From contig NW_018404519.1 of NCBI RefSeq assembly GCF_002113885.1, positions 224,656-288,655 of the forward strand: a DNA stretch of 64,000 nt, written 5' to 3'. The notes beneath the pieces were generated by a model, which was given only the letters and a program-made list of their open reading frames with translations, ran no database searches and was not told the origin of the DNA. The DNA is from Mizuhopecten yessoensis. Its lineage: Eukaryota. The number at the start of each line of letters is the position of its first letter. Position 1 is the first letter of the stretch. Below are positions 44,301 through 54,690 of the stretch, in pieces. Position numbers and translations under genes: made by a program.

Positions 44301-47300
44301 TAAGACACAACACAGCGGAACATTGCCACTTGGCGGTAATTAGGTCAGTGTATCACTACACGGACCTAATCCCCGTTGTAGTTCATTGGAAGATATGTTA
44401 CAATGGGACCAGTAGAGTTATCTAGGCACTATGCAGTGCAAATGTAAATATTTCACCATGGCCTTCATATTGCCATACTAAACCAGGAATATAAAGATGT
44501 GTTAGTATATCAACAGCTGAATCGTTTATAAATTTTTAAAAGTTCTACAATATTTTCAGGCATTAATTTCTAAGTCTGTCACCTGGAATAAAATCGTAAA
44601 AATATCCAATAATTTAGAAATTGACAATAGTGTATAAATCAAGGGGGTAAAACTTGTACGCCGCAGTCAACCGTGAAAGTGACATGCATGATAGCATATA
44701 TTATCGAAAATATAGTATCTTATCATAGGCACAGGGATCTGATAATTTGTTCCAGCTATATTTGGAGTAAATTTACATGTTTTAGGGGTTTAAATTGACT
44801 TTCGGAAAAAATAGTAGCCCCAATGATCATATGTACGAGAAGGGCAGAAAGCTCTCGATGCCAAAATGTCGACCTCACCTAACTTTCTTGCAACGAAATT
44901 AACATCAACATTTCTAGTTGATTACAGAAAAATGCTTAGTACCGTTGGAAAGATGGATAATTTTTCTTTTAAAAACCTCCTATATGCACGTTAATTGCAT
45001 TTTTCTTCCGCGGACATGATCCAAAAACACACGCCATTTCAGAGTCTCAAAGTTTTTCGCAGTCATCGTGCCACTTTTTTGTAAATTAATGAGGTTGACC
45101 TCAGTCACGTGCCGAGACCCGTGGTCTGACTGGCTGGAAGTGCAGCCATCATTTCACTAAACTCAACAACACTGCATGTTTTGGCACTAGGCTGAGGTCA
45201 ACCTCATTAATATACAAAAAAAGTGGCACATTGACTGCGAAAAACTTTGAGACTCTGAAATGGCGTGTGTTTTTGTAGCTATCATAACTTCAGAGTTACT
45301 ATCCATTTAGAACTGGAGAATCACATCATGTGGAAAATATTCATATGCTAAATGACACAAAATCAATTCTGTAGTCATATTGAAGATACAATTATTTAAA
45401 TGATCAAGTTAATGTTTATTTGTTTTTTATTATGAATTTCAGTATCCTGTTGAGGACTGCAAGGTCGAAGAAGCTTCGTAATAATGACAGAATTATCCTA
45501 CTAGAAGGGAGCACCTTGATCAGTGATGCTTTACAAGCTGGTGGAAAACCAAAATCTATCTATTTTGCAAACTTTGATGCATTGAAAAGATTGCCAATAG
45601 AGCATCTTCAGGAAGTTCCAGTATACAAGTGTGAGGAACACCATATGAACCGTTGGTCGGACGTCGTCTCGACTGCTGATGTCATCGGTAAGAATGGTAG
45701 CTACTTCCTACAGTGAACATGTTAATGATGTATCAAATAACATAGGTACTTTAATCTTTTGGACCTTCCTTCATTAAAATACATGTACACTGATTTAAGT
45801 CAAATCAACCACTGATATAAAAGAAATACTTTGGGACTTGAACTACAGAAGTTATTGGGACCATCAATTACATATTGGAAGACTTATGTCTAACAATAAC
45901 TTAAAACTAAAAAATGTAATCTAATACTGGTGATAATAGTTATTCAAAGAGGATAATTCCTTAAGGTGATATGCTGTTACACTCTATGATAAATACAACT
46001 TTGATTTATAAATATCTAATTAGTCCCAACTACCTATATATTGCCAGTGCTTGCATTCTTGTGTACATTTCCAATGACATAGATATTAACATTGTTTAAG
46101 CTGTAACCTGCAGTGTTTTCACTACCTTTTATTTACACACTGCTGAAAAGCATCAAGTATCAATAATGAATTTTAAAAAATGTCATGAGTCAAATCATGA
46201 CTTGCAGTTGATTAGTTACTGCATATGGCACAAAGTGCTTGTGGCCTGAAGGTGAAGGGTACCATGCACTTCCTCAGCTTCAATTGTGAAGAAGGATTCC
46301 ACTGAAGTGGTTTTTTTTAGGTCACCTGAGACAAAGTCTCAAGTGACCTATTGCGATCGCCTTTTGTCCGTCGTCGTCCGTCGTCCGTCGTGCGTCCGTA
46401 AACAATTTACATTTTCGACTTCTTCTCCAAAACCCCTGAACCAATTTCAATGAAATTTTGCAGGGACCTTCCATGGACAAAGGTCAACAAAAANNNNNNN
46501 NNNNNNNNNNNNNNNNNNNNNNNNNNNNNNNNNNNNNNNNNNNNNNNNNNNNNNNNNNNNNNNNNNNNNNNNNNNNNNNNNNNNNNNNNNNNNNNNNNNN
46601 NNNNNNNNNNNNNNNNNNNNNNNNNNNNNNNNNNNNNNNNNNNNNNNNNNNNNNNNNNNNNNNNNNNNNNNNNNNNNNNNNNNNNNNNNNNNNNNNNNNN
46701 NNNNNNNNNNNNNNNNNNNNNNNNNNNNNNNNNNNNNNNNNNNNNNNNNNNNNNNNNNNNNNNNNNNNNNNNNNNNNNNNNNNNNNNNNNNNNNNNNNNN
46801 NNNNNNNNNNNNNNNNNNNNNNNNNNNNNNNNNNNNNNNNNNNNNNNNNNNNNNNNNNNNNNNNNNNNNNNNNNNNNNNNNNNNNNNNNNNNNNNNNNNN
46901 NNNNNNNNNNNNNNNNNNNNNNNNNNNNNNNNNNNNNNNNNNNNNNNNNNNNNNNNNNNNNNNNNNNNNNNNNNNNNNNNNNNNNNNNNNNNNNNNNNNN
47001 NNNNNNNNNNNNNNNNNNNNNNNNNNNNNNNNNNNNNNNNNNNNNNNNNNNNNNNNNNNNNNNNNNNNNNNNNNNNNNNNNNNNNNNNNNNNNNNNNNNN
47101 NNNNNNNNNNNNNNNNNNNNNNNNNNNNNNNNNNNNNNNNNNNNNNNNNNNNNNNNNNNNNNNNNNNNNNNNNNNNNNNNNNNNNNNNNNNNNNNNNNNN
47201 NNNNNNNNNNNNNNNNNNNNNNNNNNNNNNNNNNNNNNNNNNNNNNNNNNNNNNNNNNNNNNNNNNNNNNNNNNNNNNNNNNNNNNNNNNNNNNNNNNNN

Positions 47301-50300
47301 NNNNNNNNNNNNNNNNNNNNNNNNNNNNNNNNNNNNNNNNNNNNNNNNNNNNNNNNNNNNNNNNNNNNNNNNNNNNNNNNNNNNNNNNNNNNNNNNNNNN
47401 AATATTACATGTTAATAACTTGATTGGAATTATAACCTTGAATTGACAGTTTGATACTTTGAAAATTTTGAGCCAGCCCTACCCCCAAGGGCTGGAGGTG
47501 CTAGTTTCAAATCCTTTTTAGTCTGAAATCTGTATGCTAGATATTGAGTAAGGTGGTTTTATTGTTTTTTGTCACTTTGAATAATATTTCTGTTCATGTT
47601 AAAAACAAAATCAACTCTCTGTATAAATATATCAGGTGACCGTTAAGGCCCATGGGCCTCTTGTTTACTTTGAGTATTCTCCCCTTTATAGAGAAGATGG
47701 AACAACCTGACAAAGAGTAACTTCCCCTGTCAAGTTTTTCATAAAGATATATATATGGGGCAAAGAAGTAATTCCAACAGTGTAAGTGGACTCCTTTGAC
47801 CCATGAAGATATATGTATCTATATAGATGCACTGGGGCCCATAAATTGGACACTTATTTTGATGATTTGCTAGTATACCATAATTCCTGTATGGCAACTT
47901 TGATGAAGTGTAAGCTTTGTAATGTAAAGGGTCTCAGTAGCAGGTTTCTTGTTTTCTTTAGGGTTTTTTAATTTCTTTTCTCAAACATTCAAATTTTGAA
48001 AAACTACAGTTCTATCACATGCGTGGCAACATGTGATTTTAACTGAATATCGCTTTTGAAAAAGTCTTAATAGAATATTTTACAATGGTGATATATGTAA
48101 TAATATAGTTCAAATTGTTGGTACCCTGTAACTTAAAACTATCAGAGATAAATATGCATTGTCATCCATCCGTCCTTATCCTACGTCAACATTTTCTTTA
48201 AATAATTCTTAAGATCCGTTCGTCCGTTCGTTGCTCTCGGATACACCTTGGCATGTTCCATCATCTTGTCAAGTGATCATGATGATCTTGTGTTTTTTTT
48301 TATTTATATGCAATGACAAACTGGTGACTCTTTCTTTGCCAACAATTTAATGTATTTTTTTTCGGGATAATGAAAGACTCGCTGTGATAGGATAAACCAA
48401 TAGTATATGTCTGTTAAAAGAAAGACTAAATAGCACTCAGGATCTCGTTTACAGGAAGATTCAATGGGAGTCCACGATGCCTATTACACCTTCTTATAAG
48501 CTGGCACATTTCAAACTAATTCAAAGTTCTCCCAGTTAATTTTTACCAAAGTAGATATAAATGTTTCAATTATTGTCCTGACTAAGTGTTGTTATTTTAG
48601 AACTCCAAAAGTGGCCACTATGGTCTGAAGTTGTCAGGATATATATATGGTTTTTAAATTTAGAACTTGAACTTGGAAGTCTTTATTAAAAACGACAGTT
48701 GGATAGTTCTAGCATTCATCCTTAACTGTCATAGATTCATATAGAAGTCAGAATTTCAATTCAGTAGTGATCTAATTCACATTTGTACACTGCCATATAT
48801 GTCTATTTCAGCATTGTTTGAAATGCCTGAAGATGGCAAGGTGTTTTTAAAATCCCAAACCACCATACCGCTTACGATTATCCTGGACCAGATACGAACT
48901 CCCGGGAACATGGGCACCATCATTCGTTCAGCAGCAGCTGTGGGGTGTGAGAGGATCATTGCTATGCAAAGTAAGATATTATATATGTTGTAATGGTAGA
49001 ACTGAAACCATAGGAACCACTTCGTTTGATCAAGTTAAAACAAAAACAGCTCTTCAGTATACTTCTGTACCATAACTGAACTGATAACAAGATTGTTAGG
49101 TCACCTGAGCTTTAGCTCAATTGACCTATTGCTATCCGTGTTCCTCCGTCATCGTCCATCGTGCGTCGTTCGTTAATATTTAACATTTTCAACTTAAGCT
49201 GAAGTGTTGTCAAAGGGATTTCAATGATACTTCATGGGAATGTTACTGACATCTCCCTGACCAAATGTTGTTATTTTTTAGGTCAATCAGAAATCAAATA
49301 TGGCCGCCATTTTGAAAAACTATTTCAAACTTAAAATCAAGTTCTACTGGGCCGATATAACTGAAACTTGGTAATATGATCGACTCATGGTCCAGATAAA
49401 GTGTTGTTATTTTTCTTGTCAATTAGAAATCTAATATGGGCGCCACAGCCGCCATTTTGAAAAACTATTTCAAACTTAAAGTCAAGTTCTACTGGGCCGA
49501 TTGAACTGAAACTTGGTAGGAATGATCAACTCATGGTTCTGGCAAAGTAGCTTTTTTTTTTGGGCCTATTCAAAAATTCAATAAGACTGCCACGGCCGCC
49601 ATTTTGAATAAAATACTACTATTTCAAACTTAAATCAAGTGTAAATAGGCTGATTTTACTGACAAACTTAGCTTAAATTTATATCATATTAAGTCACATA
49701 CCTTGATAAATACCTTCCCCAAAGGTCTATTAAGTCACATACCTTGATCGGGACCTTCACCCAAAGGCCAAGGTCACAAGGTCCTTCATTCCAAGTTCAC
49801 AGCCTTGATCAATACTCTTACCCGAAGGTCACCTGCCTTGATCAGAATGATCAGAACAGTCCTCCCAAAAGTAACATAACTTGATCAGGATCCTTTTCCC
49901 AAGGCCTAGGTCACACACCTGATCAGATAGCTCAATCCAAAATATCATACTTTGATTAGGACTTTCACCAGAAGGTCAAGATCAATGCTCTCACCCCAAG
50001 GACAAATCAGGTGCCCTGATCAGGACCTCACCCCTAGGCCAAAATCACCCACCCAAAGGTCAATGTCACATATCTTGAACAGGTAGCTAATGCCAAGGTC
50101 ACAACCCCTGATCAGGACCTCACTTAAAGAGAAAAATCACATTCTTTAATCAGGGCAATCCTCCCAAGAACAAAATGACATACCCTCTGTTCGTTCCTTA
50201 ATAATGACACTCACCCAAAGGTCTATTAAGTCACATACCTTGATCAATACCTTCCCCAAAGGTCTATTAAGTCACATACCTTGATCAATACCTTCCTCAA

Positions 50301-52138
50301 AGGTCTATTAAGTTACATACCTTGATAAATACCTTTTCCAAAGGTCTATTAAGTCACAAACCTTGATCAATACCTTCCCCAAAGGTCTATTAAGTCACAT
50401 ACCTTGATAAATACTTTCCCCAAAGGTCTATTAAGTCACATACCTTGATCAATACCTTCCCCAAAGGTCTATTAAGTCACATACCTTAATAAATACCTTC
50501 CCCGAAGGTCTATTAAGTCACATACCTTGCTAAATACCTTCCCCAAAGGTCTAGTAAGTCACATACCTTGATAAATACCTTCCCCAAAGGACAAAATCAT
50601 AGGCAACTGTACCTTGATTATGACTCTCACCTAAAGGTTAAAATCACATTCCAAAATCAGGACCCTCAACACAAAGATAAATTGATAAACCTTAATTAGA
50701 CACTCGCCCAAAGGTCAAAGATCAGGATCGAACCTCCCCCAAAGGTTAGAATCGTAAACCTTGATCAGGACCCTCAACACGAAGATAAAATCATAAACCT
50801 TAATTATGACACACACCCAAAGGTCAAAGTCCCATACCTTGATCAGGATCGACCCTCCCCCATAGGGCAAAATCACATACTTTGATCAGGACCAGCAACC
50901 TAAAGACAAATCACATACTTTGATCAGGACCGGCAACCTAAAGACCAAATCATATACCATAATTTTGACACCTGAACGTAAAAATCAAATTCCTAAATCA
51001 GGACCCTCCCGCAAAGGACAAAATCACATTCTTTGAATTGAGAACAGTCCTTGAGGCCAAGATCACAAATGTAGGTCACAATTAAAACCACTGTGCTCTG
51101 TCATAAAATGAGAGGTATATAATTTTGTTGTCAGATTGTGTTGACCTGTGGGACCCCAAGGTGACAAGGGCTGGAGCAGGCTGCCATTTCCGAGTTCCAT
51201 TCCACCAAAATGTCACCTGGAAATATGTTGAGAACTACATTCCTGTAGGAGCCCGCATTTATCTGTCTGACAAACGAAGGCCAACTGATAAAAGAGTGAC
51301 AAAATATACCGATCCCATGGACAACGGCAGTAATATTGACTCGCTGGGATACAATCAAGATGACTATGAAAGTGACCCAGAATCAGATCTTATTTTAAAC
51401 ACAAGTTTTAATGACTCGCAAGTGTTGAATGAGTATCAACATGCACCACTTCCGGTGAGTTATTATTCTGAAATGGACTACTCCAGAAATGACCACACAG
51501 TCTTGGTGATAGGTGGAGAGACTCGTGGCATCAGTCTGGAGGCTCGCAAACTAGCCTATGACATGTACGGACAGTGTGTCATGATACCAATGACCAATGG
51601 AGTTGAAAGCTTGAATACATCAGTGGCTGCAAGTGTGCTCATGTTTGAGATCTACAAACAACTTGGTATGCAGACAAATGAACAGGCAAATGTGGCTGCG
51701 AGTGGAGAGGGAGTGACTGTTGAATCTGTGAATGAACCAACAGGTGTGTCAGCAAGTGGAGAGGGAGTGACTGTTGAATCAGTGAATGAACCAACAGGTG
51801 TGTCACCAAGTGGAGATGGAGTGACTGTTGAATCAGTGAATGAACCAACAGGTGTGTCAGCGAGTGGAGAGGTTATAAAATCAGTGTCTGTACAAACAGG
51901 TGCGTCAACGGGTGGAGATGGAGTCGCAGACACTGTTGAATCTGTGAATGAACCAACAGGTGCATCAACAAGTGGAGAGGGTATAAAGTCAGTGTCTGAA
52001 CAAACAGGTGCGTCAACGGGTGGAGAGGGTGTTAAGAGCAAGCCCAAGTCAGCAAGTGATGAGAGTATGAAATCAGCTCCTCAAGAAAAGGAGAATCAAG
52101 GTGTCTTGAAAAACTTCTTAAAGTCAATATTTAAATGA
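40713..52138 (+). CDS. MRM3: Mitochondrial rRNA methyltransferase 3 (RNMTL1; SpoU/TrmH SPOUT family), 4 coding exons, ~671 aa
   Basis: Exons 40713-41320, 45443-45687, 48812-48970, 51135-52138 (GT-AG, phases consistent, 2016 nt). Motifs: ILLEGSTLISDALQAG, LDQIRTPGNMGTIIRSAAAVGC, VDLWDPKVTRAGAGCHFR, LVIGGETRGIS, IPMTNGVESLNTSVAASVLMFE. The Arg-rich, acid-poor N-terminus is consistent with a mitochondrial presequence. Confidence 0.93.
41761..42048. mobile_element. Small MITE-like element (TTTTCTCTTACCCTG ... CAGGGTAAGAGAAAA) with duplicated right end
   Basis: Inverted repeats at ~41765-41779 and ~41983-41998, plus a 53-bp direct duplication of the right end. Confidence 0.5.
42340..42680 (-). 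mobile_element. LINE (L2/Crack/CR1 group) RT C-terminal fragment
   Basis: Minus strand translates as IKCEPEVKLLGVTIDFQLNFHTHVSNICKKASRQLNSLKR...YHSFILSNFNFCPLTWHFCGETNTQKMEKIQERALKFI. Confidence 0.85.
43040..43250 (-). mobile_element. LINE ORF2 3'-end fragment related to the 35.5-40 kb element
   Basis: Minus strand reads IRNNNRAVIIPNSNTEQYRNSFFVRTATDWNHLDDITV, the typical SFFxRTxxxWNxL C-terminal motif. Confidence 0.75.
43314..43792. mobile_element. MITE-like element with ~55-bp imperfect inverted ends and an internal duplication
   Basis: AACTGCCCCATGGTGAAATGAAGG..ATTTCTGTTCTGACAAACT versus AGTTTGTCAGAATAGAAATT..CCTTCATTTCACCATGGGGC..GCAGTT; AAAAATTAAGTCTGGGGTAGA occurs twice internally. 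Confidence 0.65.
43814..43973. repeat. ~160-bp near-perfect palindrome (foldback/MITE-like)
   Basis: TAAGGA.TGGTTGTCATATTTTTGACGTTTATTGGCGTGTAAACTA... is mirrored by ...TAGTTTACACGCCAATAAACGTCAAAAATATGACAACCAATCCTTA, centred on GCGC-GTTA-GCGC. Confidence 0.85.
45022..45275. repeat. Inverted repeat with ~83-bp arms and an ~85-bp spacer
   Basis: CAAAAACACACGCCATTTCAGAGTCTCAAAGTTTTTCGCAGTCA...TAATGAGGTTGACCTCAG versus CTGAGGTCAACCTCATTA...TGACTGCGAAAAACTTTGAGACTCTGAAATGGCGTGTGTTTTTG. Confidence 0.85.
45443..45687 (+). CDS. MRM3: MRM3 exon 2
   Basis: tttcag acceptor and gtaaga donor, 245 nt; ILLRTARSKKLRNNDRIILLEG... Confidence 0.92.
46316..47665 (-). mobile_element. HINE/pearl-like element (family of 10500..11552) spanning the assembly gap
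   Basis: The left flank is the reverse complement of the 3' end at ~11387-11552 and the right flank is the reverse complement of ~10500-10823, ending GGCCCATGGGCCTCTTGTT. Confidence 0.8.
46494..47400. other. Assembly gap (907 N)
   Basis: Run of N. Confidence 1.
48812..48970 (+). CDS. MRM3: MRM3 exon 3
   Basis: tttcag acceptor and gtaaga donor, 159 nt; SpoU motif LDQIRTPGNMGTIIRSAAA. Confidence 0.94.
49095..49670 (-). mobile_element. HINE/pearl-like element remnant with ~150-bp internal units
   Basis: AGGTCACCTGAGC-TTTA-GCTCAATTGACCT hairpin, CGTC microsatellite remnant, then three GCCGCCATTTTGAA..CTATTTCAAACTTAAA units. Confidence 0.65.
49688..51070. repeat. ~41-bp minisatellite (AAGGTCTATTAAGTCACATACCTTGAT(C/A)AATACCTTCCCCA) with homogeneous core and diverged flanks
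   Basis: Period of 41 bp at 50215-50590, with degenerate CCCAAAGG..TCACA..CTTGATCAGGA units on both sides. Confidence 0.85.
51135..52138 (+). CDS. MRM3: MRM3 exon 4 (SPOUT catalytic region plus repeat tail)
   Basis: gtcag acceptor; CVDLWDPKVTRAGAG...GGETRG...VESLN; TGA at 52136-52138. Confidence 0.93.
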
Positions 52139-52299
52139 AAAATTATGAGCTGAAAAAAACTTCAATCTGCTTCCATATATACAAATAGTAGGAGTGGCTA
52201 GCAGTGAATTGTGAATGTCTGAATTTTTGTGCATCAGTTTAAAATTATATTTACCATGATGTAATTAATATATTCTTATTCAAACTGTAACACATTCAT

Positions 52300-53362
52300 T
52301 TTTATCCCCTGCTTTCACTGAAACAGGGGATATTAATTTAGGTCTGTCTGTCTGTCTGTCACGCTTCGATTCCGTGCAATAACTACAACAAATATTAACC
52401 GATTTTGTTCAAACTTGGTCACAGGGTTAAATGCCTTAAGGGCTCAGCCAAGTTTGATGACCAATTTCAGCGGACCTCATTTGGCGGAGTTATGGCCCCT
52501 TGAATAACGGAAAACATTATCTGCTGTGCTTCGTTTCCGTGCAATAACTGCAACAAATGTTAACCAATTTTCTTCAAACTTGGTTCGATTTTGATGAAAA
52601 TTGGTATATAGGGATATTAGGGGACTGCGAATTCAAACGCATATGTTTCGTTGCAATAGCAACCACACACAGGCTTCTGATAGGTCGAAATTTAGATATT
52701 GTTTGTTTTTGATGAAAATTGGTATATAGGGATATTAGGTGACTGCAAATTCAACCGCATATGTTTCATTGCCATAGCTACCATTCAAAGGCTTCTGATT
52801 GGTGGAAATTTAGATATTGTTTGATTTTGATGAAAATTGGTATCTGGGGGTATTCCGTCTTTGCATATTGCAGAGTTATCTTCTCTTGGGAGCAGGTATT
52901 GATTGTTACGTCACTTGTTTGTGAGAGTAACGTCATCAATTTTTGAGAAAACGAAGTAATTTCCTCGCACAAACCAATGACATAACAATCAATCCCTGCT
53001 CCAAAGAGAAGATAACTCTGCAATACGCAAAGACGGAATAAGGGGACTGTGAATTCAACTGCATAGGTTTCGTTGCCATAGCAACCACACAGAAGCTTCT
53101 GATTGGTCGCAATTTAGATATATTGTTTAATTGTGATGAAAATTGGTATATAGGGGTATTAGGGGACTGCAAATTCAATCGCATACGTTTCATAGCAAAT
53201 TCTGATTGGTTGCAATTTAGAAATTGCTCAATTTCACTCAAATTTAGTATGTACATTGTAGGTGTACTATGGCAATGCGATCCTTTTCTGATGCATCTTT
53301 GCGACGATGGGGGCAATTTGGGGGACATCCGTAATGGTCCCCCATTACAATTAGTACTTGTT
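52300..53362 (-). mobile_element. HINE/pearl-like element with (TGTC)n and ~118-bp internal units
   Basis: ATCCCCTG..CAGGGGAT hairpin, GTCTGTCTGTCTGTC, repeated GATGAAAATTGGTATATAGGG..GACTGC.AATTCAA units, terminal GGGGACATCCGTAATGG..CCATTAC..CTTGTT. Contains a nested inverted repeat at 52851-53040. Confidence 0.7.
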
Positions 53363-54166
53363 GCTGTAGATATTGTTAAGATGTTTCAACAAAATTCCTT
53401 ATGCACATCCAACTCATGCCAACCGATGTGATTTGTGCATATTTACGGATAATCAATGAGGTATATGACTTTTTTCTTCTTCAAGTTTCAAGCTATGAAT
53501 TATGTCTCAACAGCAAGATACTCACATGTTTAAACCCAAATACAATAATGTTAACCTACAATATGTCCTGCAAGCGGGGGATATAAATTTCACGAATTTG
53601 CTTGTTTAATTTAACAAACCAAAACCACCTTTTTTCTGTACTAAAAGGAAACCTGCCAAAGATAGAGTTTGTTTTGAGCATGACTCCTTCACAAAAGTTT
53701 TGTATTCCTACATAAGTAATAATCTATTAGAAAATTAGCAAATTGTGTTTGATGGATAAATGTCATATATTTTTACATTAGAAAAATGTGAACTGAAAAA
53801 AAAAATCTTGTGCAAGATGTGTATCACAGGAGTGAAATGGTTTGTAATGACATCACTTAGCCAACCACTTCATGGAAAACTGTTTCTGTTTTAAAAAATT
53901 CAGTGTAATAAAAGTGTGTTAGATAGAATGGGGATAATGAGTTTTGAGATTTTGCACTGGTATATTGTGTTTATCCTGTTGTAAGTAGGTTTTACTGACC
54001 CGCTCCAGTTTGTAACAGTACCATCACCATATAATTGCCATAAATTGCAACACACAAGGTTCTCCCTTAATTGATAGACCATCATTATGAAGAATTTCAT
54101 GTATTCAATGGTTATTAAATTGTTTTAAGAAATCAGTGTAGTGTTCCATGCTTGACAAAATGTTCT

Positions 54167-54343
54167 CAGATGGCACAGAAATGTATGGCCAGCAGAATCA
54201 CTGAAAACACAACTACTTCCAGTTCACCTTACCTTAGTGGCAAGTGAAGGTTATCCAGATGGCACAGAAATGTATGGCCAGCAGAATCACTGAAAACACA
54301 ACTACTTCCAGCTCACCTTACCTTAGGGGCAAGTGAAGGTTAT
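54167..54343. repeat. ~89-bp direct duplication
   Basis: CAGATGGCACAGAAATGTATGGCCAGCAGAATCACTG...GCAAGTGAAGGTTAT x2. Confidence 0.9.
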
Positions 54344-54590
54344 GCCATGGCTGCCATGGCTGCCATGGCTGGTCATTTGCATGAACTTTCCATTTTAAAA
54401 GGCTACTGATTATGAACAGCTTAAACAATTTTGACAAAATTTGTTATTTAGAGGTTATGTACTAACGTGATACATTGAATTATATAAAAGAAGGATGTGG
54501 CCCCTTTAGGAAGAGGCACTTGACCAAACAGGAGATATAGGGGTAAATTCTTTTCCTGTATTGGGTATACTGGTCGTGAGAAAAAACAAT

Positions 54591-54690
54591 TAAATTTCCA
54601 GATATGTGTAATTGAAATTATTGTAAAATTTCCAGATATGTGTAATTGAAATTATAGTAAAATTTCCAGATATTTGTAATTGAAATTATT
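54591..54690. repeat. 34-bp tandem repeat x3
   Basis: AAATTTCCAGATATGTGTAATTGAAATTATTGTA units. Confidence 0.9.

Noticed and set aside
46450-47423. 321-aa poly-X ORFs
   Set aside because: Translation across an N gap.
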